A DNA stretch of 64,000 nucleotides from Marsupella aquatica (lineage: Eukaryota; Plantae; Marchantiophyta). The stretch spans positions 21,799,455 to 21,863,454 of the forward strand of contig OZ316897.1 of assembly GCA_973895155.1 (NCBI GenBank), in the 5' to 3' direction. Under the pieces are notes generated by a model, which was not told where the DNA came from, ran no database searches, and saw only the letters and a list, made by a program, of their open reading frames with translations. A program made the translations under genes and the position numbers. Positions 49,084 through 62,449 of the stretch are shown piece by piece; position 1 is the first letter of the stretch, and each line of letters starts with the position of its first letter.

Positions 49084-51782
49084 GGCATACTGTTTTACCC
49101 GACAATATAAAAAGTGTTCCCCCCCCCCAGTCCCCCCCCCCCCTCTGAGTGTTTTGAATTTCCTTTATGTACTACTCCTCCTCTTCAGGTCTATATTAAT
49201 GTTTCAATCTTGCATTGCCAACCCTTTGTTCTATACATCCTAGCTAGACTCTCTTAGGCAACCAGTTGCGTGGGTTTTCACATTTTCATCTCGACTCCAT
49301 CAGTGTCGATCAAGTCACAAGTTAAGGTCCATCTGCAGAACTGCAAGATTCAGGGGAAGGACAAATGATTTTCTATATAAGTAAAATCAAATCTTTCCTT
49401 CAATATCGTGAGTGATAAAATGAGACGTTCAATTCAGTCTAGAAAGAGCGGAATAAATATATGTCCAGTGGACCCTCGATTGGACCAGGTATCTGTGGAT
49501 GGTAAAAACACTAGTTAATGCTATATGTCTAAGTACAGAAGAAAACATTTTGCAGTACATTTGGGTTGTGCTGGTCCATAGGGGTTTTAGTTCCAAATAT
49601 ACGCAATGGACAAATATGGCAACCTCTACAGTCCTGTCCTGACCTTTCCCTGAAAAATAACTTTTCTTCCCCATTTGGTTGGCCAGAAAGACCTTCCTGT
49701 GCTTATGTGACCCTCGATCTGTCTCACTATACAGTAGGTGCCTTGCCCTCGCTCTTACCTGCATCAGCCTGCAGCGGTACCTTAGCAGCAGCTGTATGCG
49801 GGTCGCGGTACAATCTGCCGTGACTTATCTTAGGAGGGGCTTTCCAAAGAAATAGCTTAATTAGTGGCTGCATTGGCAGCACTCGCACGTGAAAAAGATT
49901 GGAAAATCTTGCCCAAGAAGGCGATAGTCTTGTAGCACATTTTCCCATTGGTTTAATTGAAAAATTACTCTTGTCCTCCCTCTCTGATGCACCCCAGCCC
50001 TTGGCCTCCCTGATGCAGGGACGTGGAGGAGAGAGAGGGGAGGGAAAGGAGAGAGGAGAAGAGGGAAAGGGGATATAGGGAGAATAATGAGAAAAGGGAA
50101 GAAAAGGAAAAAGAAAAAGAAAAAACCAGATTCTCCCCACTAATTCCCGGTAAAGTTGTAGCCACCGTGGCTCTTTAGGAAGACATCGCTTTCACAATAA
50201 GACTAACCAAAATGAGAACATTTTTGCACTAACAATCACCCATTCAACCAAAACAACTTGTACACAAGTTGCACAACAAGACATGACCCCAAACATGATT
50301 GCACAGGCACACGTCAACAATAATGACGGCCTCCATGACAGCCTATCTGAAACAATATTTGAGTTCCATATCTGAAACAATATTTGAGTTCCATGACTGC
50401 AACATGGCCCCCATGACGACCAGGCCACCAACAACAACACAGTTGCAATGAATAAGCGTGCCAGCTCTCTACAACAGTTTTGTGCCTCACTGACTTTACT
50501 TGCCTTGGAGATTTTCACGCTTTGTAGACATGCATACTTTTGCATCAAGATGAGCAACTTCAATATATATATCTCATGTCACAACATTTCATTTCATAGT
50601 TCTACCCCGAGTTTTGATCACCTGTACTTTTTTGCCTCATCTCAACTCAAGGGCATTAGACTAGTGTAGTATAATTGACATACATTTTATACTTGTAGGA
50701 TCAAACTAGCTCCGATCCAGATATTAAGTGTACGAGGACTACTTGCAAGAAGTTATCTGTCATTGAGACACAAAACACCTATACCCAAGGCGTCGAGCAA
50801 GCAGGATCAACAACACTATTGTAATCTACCCCAAAGTTTGTTATTAGAATTGTTGGTCTTAGATCAAAGATTCAAAGGAGGACAGTAAGAACAATATGCT
50901 GAAAGAGTGAAGTGGGTAGCTGTCGTCCAGTGTCTTTAACCGTGTTTTCCTGGTGGTTGATCTGGGTTACCCCCTGCGAGAAATGGTCACCAGGAGAATG
51001 CTATCTCATATATGGATCGAGAGAATGACCAATGGGCTCTTGCCTAGCATGGAAGCCCGCGTGCACTGTGTGCTGTTAGCTGACTTTTTCTCTCTATATA
51101 TCTGGGACAGAGTCGAGATCTAAAGATGATGAGCCACGTCGGGAGATAGTACAGTTTACATTAGAAAGTAGTGTGAAGGTGGGTGGACGTCAGTGAAGTT
51201 GCGAAGTTCATCATGTTAGTGTAAGCTGGGCGGAGGCAAAGGAAGGTTTAGGAGAAGATCTTCCATGTGAACATGTATTACAGTGGTCGTCACAGGGTGC
51301 TACACTGATATAGGTCAATGTCGAAGCATTTTGTTTAAGGGAAGAGACGTTGCGTCGGCTCTGCCAATCCATTGGGTCCACATGGCAACAAGTTTCTGGA
51401 GACTACACTATTCACCGTAATTAGTGTTATGCCGGAATTAGTGTTATGTCCAAATTAGTGTTAGTCACACTTATTTATGTGAACTTGGTCTGGAAGCAAA
51501 AGTAACACTAATTGGTGTCGGTTTCTAAAATCTTTTTTGAGGTTTTGTTTTAAATATTTTGTTTAACACACTATAGAGCACCTAGAAGTGAAAGCTCTGT
51601 AGTAGTGGAGTCAAAGCTTTGTAGTCGTGGAGTCAGGGCTAGAAGATTTGAGGGCTCCGCAACATTTAGTGTCGCGCGCAATAGTTTTTGGAGGTTTTAT
51701 TTCAAGGTGCGGAGAGCGCTATAGTCGTGGAGGCTAAAGTGGGATCTTTTTCTAGTCAGTGCACATTGAACCAGCGCTCAGG

Positions 51783-51900
51783 TTGTGCTCATCAATCATG
51801 GCAGAGCTACAGTAGCAAGGATACTCTGGCATGCAGTGAATTGCATTGTGCTCATCAATCATGGTAGAGCTACAGTAGCGAGGATACTTTGGCATGCAGT
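51783..51900 (+). repeat. Direct tandem repeat, ~64-bp period x2
   Basis: ttgtgctcatcaatcatgg(c/t)agagctacagtagc(a/g)aggatact(c/t)tggcatgcagt twice. Confidence 0.85.
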
Positions 51901-51995
51901 CAAGGGCATTATTGGGAAAGCGTGATCAACTGATATCTCTAGAGTTGAAAGCGTACATTCTCTTTGGCATCGCTACAGTGAGCTTTGCATCACTA

Positions 51996-53266
51996 AACAC
52001 GTTGACGGACCAAACGAGAAGTGTGACCACCAAACGAGAAGCCTGTTCAGTTTTTGCAAAAAATGGTGATACAAAATGAAGTTTTTGGTCAAAATCAACT
52101 TTTTGAAAATAATTGGAAAATGGATCAGTTTTTGCATTGCGTCCATTGATGTTTTTGGAGCTAAACTAATGATCATGAGATTAAAAATCTGGATGTCATC
52201 TTTAGTGAGAGATTAGAGACGAGAATCCTAATATTTGGAAAATCAAATTGTGTTAGATAAATTTTTGCAATGGTTTCCAAACTCAAGATTTTGACAAAAA
52301 TCAGAATTTTTATGATGAGAGAAAGTGCACTCAACTTTTAACATGCCAAAAGTGATACGATGTATCACATTTTGGATGCAGTGTAGGAATTGGCTAGCGC
52401 AACCCCCCCAAATGTTGTTTGACACGATAATGAAAATAATGACAACAATTTATAAATTTAAATTCACGCAAAACTCCAAATTTGACTATCATGTCAAGCC
52501 AAAGTTTAGGGAGCTACCACGTAGCTGCGTAGTTAAGCCCACAGTCAGTTACTTTAACTCAGAACTGGTTAAGCTAACTAAGACACATCAATTGTACCCC
52601 CGCAATTATGGACCAATATTGTTGCACTGTTAAAACCAGCAAACCGAATCCCAATCATGATCCATGGATCATGGGTTACTGTCCATACACAAAACTAACC
52701 GTTAAAAACATGATCCATTTTTAAACCCATAAAATAATGAGGGGAATTCCATCTGTGATCCATGGATCACCAATGTTCTCAAACTTAAAACACTATCCTC
52801 AAAAATTGCTTAAAAGTTTTTCTCATCTCTAAAACCTTGAGGGGAAGCACAATCGTGATACGCAGATCAAAATTCTTGCGGACACAATAAAAATCATCTC
52901 AAAAACACATACTTTTACCATAGTAGGATTCTTCTTGGGTTAACTTGACCACAGTTGGTATCTTTTTGGAATATGCCCTATTGGGTATGCCATGCTTTGA
53001 AGTCTAGTTGTTAAGGAATGTAAAATGTGATACTCTGTATCATATTTTGTATTGCCTCCGTAGAAATTGATGATACAGAATGTCATACTTCTTCATTTTA
53101 TGACATTCACTAGTCCAAATTTGGGATGTTTTGTTTTTCTGCTTCAAAATGTTTGATTTTGTAGGAAATCTTGATTTGTATCACGTTGTGTTTTACACTT
53201 AGAAAAGATTTGGGGTGGCCCAAACGAGAAGCCTGTCACACTTCTCGTTTGGTCCGTCAACGTGTT
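51996..53266. mobile_element. Non-autonomous TIR element (1.27 kb) nested in the pogo-like element
   Basis: Perfect 32-bp TIR AACACGTTGACGGACCAAACGAGAAGTGTGAC; 4-bp TSD ACTA (51992-51995, 53267-53270); no coding capacity seen. Confidence 0.85.
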
Positions 53267-53739
53267 ACTAGGGAGTGGAGGCTCATTGGCATTGCTGCAG
53301 CGTACAGCCCTACAGTGCAAGGTAAGAGGACGTAAACTGGCCCCATTCTTTATGATTTAGATATTTTTTATTGCATGAACAAGCAGAATTGTACACTACT
53401 CCCTAAATTCACATTTATTCTTGCTCTCTTCCTGGATTCTTTACCTACAAGCTCAAACTTTTTACGATTAAGATATTCCTTCTTTAACAAAAAGAACTCA
53501 CTACCCACAGAATTCAGATTTTATCTTGTTTCTTGCTGGCATTTTGCTAAAGCTCGCGTCTTCTTAAGATTCAATCCTTGCTAAATTAGTTTTAATCTCA
53601 TCAAACGCTCCAACCCAATTTCTGATTGAACTTCAATTACTGTAGTCAGAGTTCTGCATGCATAGAAATAGACCGGTGGGTCCAGAGTGAATTAATTTGC
53701 TTTGAATTGTTTTCCACAGAGTTTTAGGGGTTTGATTTA

Positions 53740-55360
53740 TTGGATAGAGCAAGGATGTTCCAAGGGTCACCCTTGCTTGCAGCTTGGGCAAGAATTCCAG
53801 CTGCCAATGACCCATCCACTGGTGAGACTAGCACCGAACCTGTTGTAGCTACTCCAGCTCCCGCTCCAGAGATGCCACTGCTTGTATTGTCTGTTCGGGA
53901 TGCACAAAACGTTGCCACCAAGGCCCAACATTTGAAGGTGATCAATTGGATGATTGCTGCTGTGCAAGAGAGGGGTACCGAGGAGAAGATCAAGTCCTCT
54001 GCTGTGAAACAATTTCCAGATATTTTTAGGCAGAGGTCAAGATCAGCAAATCTCATGAAGGCAGGGAGGTGGTGGAAGGACCGAGAGAGCATCCTGGAAG
54101 AGTACAAAGTGCAAGGATTATCAATTAGCCGGTCAGATGTGGGTGGAAGGAATAGAATTCAGATGAAGGTACGACCAGGGAGAGGAAGAAAGCGACATCC
54201 ATGGATTGAATGGTTATACCCCATAGTGAGAGAAGACTTCCAAAGACTCAAAAGGGCTGGCCTGAAATTCTCTCCAAGGGTATTGAAATTAGTGGCCAAA
54301 AATGCTCTACTGACTAACCCTCATATTCTTTTCAATGCCAGGACTGTCTTGGGTGACAGTCCTGAACTTCTCATTGATCGCATCACCTCTAGATGGACTT
54401 AGACATTTCAGGAGGCCCATAATATTGTGCATAGGTCACAAACAGGGAAGCTACAGGTCTTTGGAGCAAAACGTGAATTCATTGAACGTGAGGTTGCTTT
54501 TCACATGGGAGTCTTATGCAAAGGATTTTGAGATGGCACATTAGACGAAAATCTGCAAGAAAATATGGATGAAACTCATTTTCAGATTAACATGGACAAT
54601 GGCCGTATACTAGGGTTTAGAGGGGATCAAAACGTAAAGTATGCAGATGTGGTTTTAGGAGGAGTGGGCATCACCATGGTGGTAAAGGTAACTGGTGGTC
54701 CCAGAGGTAAAATTGGTATTCCATTCCTGATTTTTCAGAACACCTTGTGCAGCTACCCTATCAAAGGCATAAAGTTGCCATTACCAGATGGAGTTTGTTA
54801 TCGTAGCATAGTGAAAGGTTTCATGAATAGTGTTTGCTTGGTTGAGTATTACAAGGAACCAAAAGTAAGTTTTGCTGACGTGAGTGGAGGGAAAAAAGTG
54901 CAGTGGATGGATAATTATCCAGGTCACAAGATTCTGCCAGCAGCACAGGAGGCTTTGCAACGCATCAACACTGAGGTCCGTCGTTTCGCAGACAATGCAA
55001 CAGATCTGATACAGCCTTGTGACTCTTTTGTGATATCCAAGATCAAAGATGCCTGGACCCGCCGATGGGAGGAGAAGAAGATGTCCCTAATTCGTGACAA
55101 CCGGTGGCAAGGAGATGGTAGGGTAGGGACTAGTGGAGCATTGAAAAATCCAGGTAAATGGTTTTTTCTTCAGCTGGCAGCTGATGCAGTGAGAGATGTG
55201 AATAGTATGGTCGATAAACATTATGGTATCAGCTATGCTCAAAGGCAATGATTTGGACAGGCCTTTCCTTGAACCTGGAAGGAGTTTGGACTGAGCAACA
55301 GCTCACTCCCGACTTATAGAGAATTATTGTCAAGTTTAATTCGAGGCACTTTTGAAGCAG
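53740..55360 (+). pseudogene. DDE_1 (pogo/CENP-B-like) transposase, disrupted
   Basis: RPGRGRKR and CENP-B-like HTH region; ENMDETHF, WMDNYPGH, NATDLIQPCD (DDD triad); in-frame TAG 54400-54402, TGA 54529-54531, frameshift near 55240. Confidence 0.85.
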
Positions 55361-56241
55361 CAGTCAATGGACAACCACAACCCCTTGCTGTTGATGACCC
55401 TCCTTGTGTTCCAAATGATCAGCCAGAGGAAGGTCAGGGCTATGCTGTTGTAACCAAAGTGAATGCAAGTGAAGCCCAATCTGATACTAGTGATGAATTG
55501 TGTGCCCAATCAGATACCAGTGCTAGTGATTTTGAGAATTCTGGTGATGAAAGTGATTCATTGGAAGATTCTCACAATGAAAGTGATTTTGAGATTGCAG
55601 ACAATGGGCCCATTGATAATGCTGTTGACATTGCTGTAGAGCCCACTCCTACGGCTCCTTTTGCACAAGGACATCTAAGCTCCCGGTTTCGTAGACTTGC
55701 TGGAATGATTTAATTTTTTGATAGATAGACTATGAATACTGTAGCGGCTAGCAAGTGGGAAGTGTTCCACAATTTTGTCAGGAGCAATTTAATTCCCAAT
55801 CATTAGAGGAATAAAATATTGTGAACAGTTTAGGGGCCAGCTCTTTGGAAGCATTCCAAAATTTTGTTGCATGCAATTTTGAAAAATAAAAGATAAGGAC
55901 GATTAAAAAATGGTATCTATTGTACTTTAGATTGCACTAAAGTGAATGCTCGTTCATTTTGACTTGGTAAATGTGCTGTTTCTATATGGAATCTAAAAGT
56001 ATGTACACTATAAAAAATGTTCACCAAGTAAAATAAACAATACATGGACAAGTGTCGACCTGCTAGAGTTCAACAATGGGCCATTTTATTCAATTTGAGG
56101 GCCATTTTATTCAATTTGAGAGTACACTGGCACAACAGGTACCAACATCTGTTTTAGGGAATTGTACAAAATGAAAGACTTCTTAATTTTGTACTATACA
56201 AAATTTTAAATGTTGGCTCAGATATCATGTTGTCAGTGATT

Positions 56242-57063
56242 CTATTTCCAGCAATTATCCTTTCGCTTACGGATCTTCACCAATTTGGCCTCAATGTCAT
56301 CCTCCTTGTTCCTGATATCTCTTTCCACGTCTTTGGCCCATTGAGCTAACAATTTCTTTGCACTCAATGTGTAAGGCTCTGCATCAACGATACTATGCCT
56401 TTCCATGCATTTGGAAAGCCAACTGTAACTGACGATCGTAACTGAATTGCACCACTGTCCTGGGTCCCGAAAATGATTCTGAACATGAAACCAATCACAC
56501 GCAAAAATATGTGTGACACTTGGGCCCATTTCCCTCTGCACTTGTCCTCCGTAATCCTCAAATTGAGACATGAAAGTTTTAAATTGGACGGGTGGCATTG
56601 AGTCTGTCACAAAGTAAGCCCGGGTATCAAAGGTTTGGAAAATCGTAGTTCTTACACCTGGTGGCAATGGCAGTGTGAGGCTCCAATACCCATCTGCTGG
56701 CCTAAGGCAAAATTTGTGCGTATCCACCAATTGTTGAGCATCCCAGCAAGCTCCAACCCAATCCCAACTCACCATCACAATCTGATGTATGAACCTACGG
56801 ACAGAAATGTGCAGGGCTGCCACAAGTTTCTCCACTTCATACCAATCATGTGCAATAAAATGGGTGTTGTGAATGCTTGGGAGGTGTGTTTGTTCACCAC
56901 CCCCTCCCAGAAATTTGAGCTCCAATTTCTTCCTTGCCCTTTCTTCTATCCCTCCATAGAAGGTGCAAGCACACACTGAAGCAAAAATTACACACTGCTC
57001 GGACTCATCCATGGGATGCACATTCTTCCCGAACAAGTTCATTGCCAAGAAAGCAGCAGACAT
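56242..57063 (-). CDS. BRCT-domain protein (273 aa) carried by the pogo-like element
   Basis: Intact ORF; C-terminal YFVTDS...FEDYGGQV...VTHIFA...IVSYSWLSKCME...DAEPY fits the BRCT consensus (GG, TH, WxxxC). Confidence 0.7.
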   Translation of the reverse strand: MSAAFLAMNLFGKNVHPMDESEQCVIFASVCACTFYGGIEERARKKLELKFLGGGGEQTHLPSIHNTHFIAHDWYEVEKLVAALHISVRRFIHQIVMVSWDWVGACWDAQQLVDTHKFCLRPADGYWSLTLPLPPGVRTTIFQTFDTRAYFVTDSMPPVQFKTFMSQFEDYGGQVQREMGPSVTHIFACDWFHVQNHFRDPGQWCNSVTIVSYSWLSKCMERHSIVDAEPYTLSAKKLLAQWAKDVERDIRNKEDDIEAKLVKIRKRKDNCWK

Positions 57064-58056
57064 CTTTTTTGTCTAAATTCTGAGTTGTCTGTTCAGTGAG
57101 GTCAATTTTCTGAAGCCAACAATCGATTTATGAAGTCAGCAATTTCTAAAGCCAACAATCAATTTCTGAAGCCAACAATTTCTAAAGCCAACAATCAATT
57201 GATCTAGGCACTGATCAATTTCTACTCAGGTTTCTCAAAGCAGAGATTGATTACACGTATAAGATGCAAATTAGATTACACGTATTACTTCAATTTATCA
57301 ATTTCTACTCTGTGAGAGTTCTCCAAGCAAAGACTGATTACACGTACTAATCCAATGAACTTTGCAGTAGTAGGAGCAACAATGACCCAAATGGATTCCA
57401 ATAGCTGCAGAGGTAGCAACTCACAATTCAAGCTAGCAACTTCAACTTCACAGCAGGTGCAACTGTTCAGCACCGCAATAGCAACTCACGTTCAACAGCA
57501 CAATAGCACCAGCAATCAACTTGGCAGTAGGACTACAAGGATCGATCAATGAGCACCAATATCAACCAAGCAGCAACGATCCACTTCTAGCAGCATCAAT
57601 GTTAGACTGAATGAGAGTGACGGCTGAACACCCTAACAAAGAGCCTGTGATGAGAGGCCTGGATGCCAAGAATATTTGAAATCCCGTCATTTTGGCGTCG
57701 CGCAATACGACCCAAAAACTCACGTGAATTAGTGTTACGTAACACTATTTGCCATGCGCGTAATTAGTGTTTACTTGGAATTAGTGTGACTAACACTAAT
57801 TCGCGAGTAGACCCTGAAAACAGGCGCTCTCAAATTAGTGTTACTCACACTAATTACGGTGAACAGTGTAGCTTCTGGGCATGTTGATTAGTGATTACCT
57901 TGTTCACATTGCGCCATGACGTTGAAGCGTGTCACTAGAGTAGCAGACCGAAGACAAATGAATGAAAAAGAGGTGTATATAACTACGTTAGACTTGCTGA
58001 TGAACGTGGCTCGAGGCTTGCGCTCAAAAGTATGTCGAGTGAAGTCTGGGATTTGG

Positions 58057-58166
58057 GGATGCGCACTGGAAATGTCGATGAGGATGCGTGTTGGAAATGT
58101 CGATGAGGATGCGCGTTGGAAATGTCGATGAGGATGCGCGCTGGAAATGTCGATGAGGATGCGCGC
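58057..58166 (+). repeat. 25-bp minisatellite x ~4.4
   Basis: ggatgcgcg(t/c)tggaaatgtcgatga repeated head to tail. Confidence 0.9.
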
Positions 58167-61100
58167 CATAAATCAGACTCACTTCAATTACTGAGTATAT
58201 ATATATTACAATTTTGATATCTACGTTGATATCTGCTCTGCAATTATAATAAAGAAACCCGCCAAAAGTAGTCAATCTTCTCTCTTTACAATTCAGATTT
58301 GGTGGGAACAAAGCCTGACCATTGGATTTATGTTAGGTTTGGATTTATGTTAGGTTTAATTCTAACCTTTTATCAGCTAGAACTAAGTGTCCACCAAAAG
58401 GACCTTAGGGTAGGTAGGTGATAATAATCAGGAGGGGCAGTAATAATTATGAGGGGAAACCGAAAGGGTACAAGTAAAGTACACCAAGACATTTTGGTAC
58501 ACATAAGTATATTTAATAGAGGTACTCAATCATTACATGTTAAAAGCCTAATATGTATCTACATGTAGAATTAGAAATATGAAATAATCTAATATGGGTG
58601 TATGTGATTGTGAAAATTATATTTTTTAATGGAAGTGAACTTAAGTAGTTTTTTTTCAAAAAGCTATAAACTAATAATTTGAGGCCAATTAAAACAAAGT
58701 CATGGAAAAGTGGAAACCAATCTTGATCTTTTGTCTAAATTATTATTTCGAATCACCTCAATATCTTTTCCTCACTTTAATATCGTTTTTTGCCTAGACA
58801 TGTTTATCACCTTCATATTTTTTGTTCACATTGACAATTAACTTCTCTCCTCGACATTTTTTTATCACCTCAACATCTTTTATCTCCTTGACATCTTTTG
58901 TTCACCAAGACATCTTTACGGACCCCACTAGAGGTTCCTTCCAAAATTCCTGGCACCACAGCATGCCATGTCAGCAACAACCGCAACAAACAAGAATGGT
59001 CATGTTTGCGCAATGAATAAACTCCTCTCCATCTTGTTACGTCGCTTTTCATGTAATTTTATGGACGCCGTGCCGTCAAAACATAATGTAAAAGTAATTA
59101 AAAGTAGTTCATCCAAATCTATTGATACAAAGGGCGAGATTAAAAACATTCACCCATATTCTCTTTACTTAAATTTATAGATGTTTTTTTATAAAAGTAA
59201 ATAGTGTTCAACGTAAACAGTAACCGTATTCATGTGTAACTGCCAAAATAAAACCGTCGGAACAAAAGAAGCACATCAACATTTCAAAAGGGAGGAAGGC
59301 TTTTGATGAAAGTAATGAAAAGAGGAAAGCTCGAAAGGAGTTTTGCCTCTTGAAGTGCAAAGTAAAGAGGAATGTTGGAGAAACAAAATCAAAAAATATC
59401 AGAAGCCTAATGAAGAAAGCAAAAATGAGAACTGATCAAGGACAGAAAAGAGGCGCAACACATCTTAATCAGAAACAAATAGATCGAGCAGAAAGAAGGA
59501 GAAGCAAAGAGAATCGATAAGGACATTGACAAGATCGATAAGGACTGATCGACCTCAACTACTCTAGCAGATCACTGAAGCTCAACGTAGTAGTCCACTA
59601 CAATCCATCCCGCCCCCAATCCACACTGCAAGGAGCGCACCTCCGCGCCACAACCTCTGTACGCGCTCTTGTTGTTGATTTTGATTGTACGCGCTCTCGT
59701 TGTTGATTTTGATTGTTGATTTTGATCGAAGCTGCCCCATCAAAGATTGTTAACAAACAAACGATCAAATCAGGAAGAGAACGACTGCGATTTGAACCAA
59801 AAGAGGCCATGGCAAAGTGAAAGCGATACAAAAGGGCGAGATACAAAAGGAAGAGATACAAAAAGGCGAGAGAGACTAACACAACGCCCCGATGATCCAG
59901 AGAACAATAGAAAATTGAAAGAGTAATTCCATCTGCATACGACAATGCTTGCTAGTTGCTACCCAGGCTGGATCATGATTGATTGATTGCTGCCCCAGTT
60001 GCTACGTGACTAGCAACGAATGCAGGACAAAACTCTAATCTAGCCATACACGACAGGAGAGGACAATAGCCATGCACGACAGGGGAGGTAATTGCTTACG
60101 TAGGGCATGGCCTGGTGACGCATTTTAGCAGTAGATTCACCTTTGTGAAGCTTTTGGTGTAAGTTGGAGTTCCCTCTCAGCAGCGTGTTGGTGGCTCTTA
60201 ACTTTACTATGCCTTGAGATTTCCCACCATGTTTTTCCAGATAGATTTTTTTGTTCGAGTGGGCCATACACGATCGGGGCAGAGAAGAGCTGTAAGGCAG
60301 CGACCTGAGCAGAAGAAAAAGGCAAAAGCAGATTGATCGAACAAGGTCAACTTTCTTATGAGCTCACCTCCTTGTCAAACACACTGAGTAATTAATTGTC
60401 ATTCTCGGGCGAGAACTGTAAACATGTGGAGTCGAGTTAGGAACGGATTTATCCTCAGCATGGAGTCAGTGCTCAATAATAGACTCTTTGCCCTTGGGGA
60501 CTGTAATATCATGTGCTTTGAGGAATTGAAGTCAACAACATACACTTTCGCAGTCATTTATAGCCAAACTTGCTGACGACGTCCACTTGGCAATTGCAAT
60601 GCTGTCCCTAAACTGGCACCTCAAAAGTCATGTTCAGTGTCAAGTAGTTTGGCCAAGACTTGCACCAAAGCGCCTATGATTAGGGCATTCACCATTTTTC
60701 CTTCACGAGCAAGGAAACTAACTTATACTATACATCAAATAGCTACAGTTGAAATGCCTCCATGTATTGAGATTCTATAGCCTTGAACTTAGCGACTTCC
60801 CACAAGCCGATCTTGAAAGGAGAGCAAATGAACAATTGTCTCGATTAAGCTGGCCCAAAAAAGTCATTGTAATGCATCACAGTCAAGTTCCTGCGAGCCG
60901 AAGGGTTTTGGTAATCAAGACTGATCTTGAAAGGAGAGCAGATGATCACAACTCAACTTCAAAATAGTAAACACATTCAGTCCTAGTACAAGAACTCAAT
61001 GGCTAAACACCCGGCAAACTAAAAAAGAGTAACACATGACAGCAGTTCGTTAATACAACTTGGGCTGCTGCCAAATCACAGCATAGGACAAATCCTTATT

Positions 61101-61363
61101 TCAAGGAGGCCAGAATCATAACAGACAGGAGCAATCTGCATGTAGAGAAATGCATATCAGCCACAGTGTTGAAGGCATGTTCTTCAGACGAGATTGTCTA
61201 ATAGGTGTCACCTGGACCACTGACTTTAAGGACGGTGTTCAAAACACTACAGTCGAACCTAACTAGCATCACAACCACCAGCCTACAATGCGATGGGCTT
61301 CCTGGTTCAGCTTGGAAAGGCATATAAGAAGCATAGATTTGAAGTACTAACTAACTGATGAGT

Positions 61364-61622
61364 CTAATTTTCAAAGGACTCCTCATCATCATCTTGCAAA
61401 GGCTGTGCAGCAGCAGCTGTGAGCTCGGCCTCGTACCTGTAACAATGACCAGATAAGGTTGGTCAGGAGGGCAACTGAAAGATCAAAGAAAGACTACTCA
61501 AACTAATTATATTCAACGCTCAAAGACGATCATATAACACGTACTGCTCTTGTGCGGCCAGATCAATGTGGACTTTGGGGGGAGCCAGAGCTGGAGATTC
61601 GACGAAGTAAAGGTTCACATCA
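61364..61622 (-). CDS. RAN: Ran GTPase, last two coding exons only (partial gene or remnant)
   Basis: Exons 61622-61545 and 61436-61364 (GT-AG intron) give [49 protein letters not shown], the plant Ran C-terminus with its acidic tail. Confidence 0.8.
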
Positions 61623-62449
61623 CTGCAAGAAGATGGGAGTGAAGGTAAATCATTGGTACTAGGTTCATTTAATTTGCAAATTGACTTGGACAGGTTAACC
61701 ATCACAATTAGACGATTAGAAGCAGCTTCTGTCTAATTGTCAGTTCAATGGACTTATTGAATGCAAGTGCGGTTTGAAAATGACTTGTGCTATCTCTTTT
61801 GGGTGTATCCAGGTTAATCGATACTGCGAAGAGGCTTGCATAAGAGATGAATTTTGAAAGTGGAGAATTGTAGCAAACAACAGTGTCGCGAAGACAAACT
61901 ATGAGGACTTAATCTTGAAGCAAAATGTCGTCTATGCCGAGCAGAAGCGTGCGTGTGTTCGGCCGCTTGGCGGTGGATGTGTGCATTTGAAAAAGGATGT
62001 TACGATTGTGGATCCGTAAGTTGCTCGTGTTCTTTGTCGTTTTATCTGGTTTTATTATCTATTTTTGCCTTTGGAGGCTTTTTTACAAAAAGTGCATCTA
62101 AGAATTCTATACCATGAGTCTTAAGCGTGAAAGAATGTTTGCATAGATCTACAGTGCTGCTCGGTGCGTGTATTGATTTATCTCTTTTCAGGACCTCAAC
62201 TGCGTTCCCAAAGTACTGAACTACATGGTTCTTAGACTTTATAATGTGCAGGGTGGGTATTGAGAGATAAACCTACCCCAAGTTTTTGATATCGTTTGTC
62301 ATCGTGTCCTAGGGAGATCGTTTACTTGTTGGAAACTCTAAAAACTTAGTGTGACTTCATGTGACCTATAATTAGAGAGACACCTTAAATAAAGTGAGTC
62401 ACGCGACCTATACTTAGAGCCTATAATTAGACTGAAATTTATAGTCAGA

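Larger units (their letters stand above)
51406..57868 (+). mobile_element. Pogo-like (Tc1/mariner superfamily) DNA transposon, 6.46 kb
   Basis: TIRs CACT(A/G)TTCACCGTAATTAGTGT; TA TSD at 51404-51405 and 57869-57870; multiple subterminal AATTAGTGT motifs at both ends; internal DDE_1 transposase. Confidence 0.9.

Noticed and set aside
58057-58166. CRISPR-like array
   Set aside because: The units are head to tail with no unique spacers, there are no cas genes, and the context is eukaryotic
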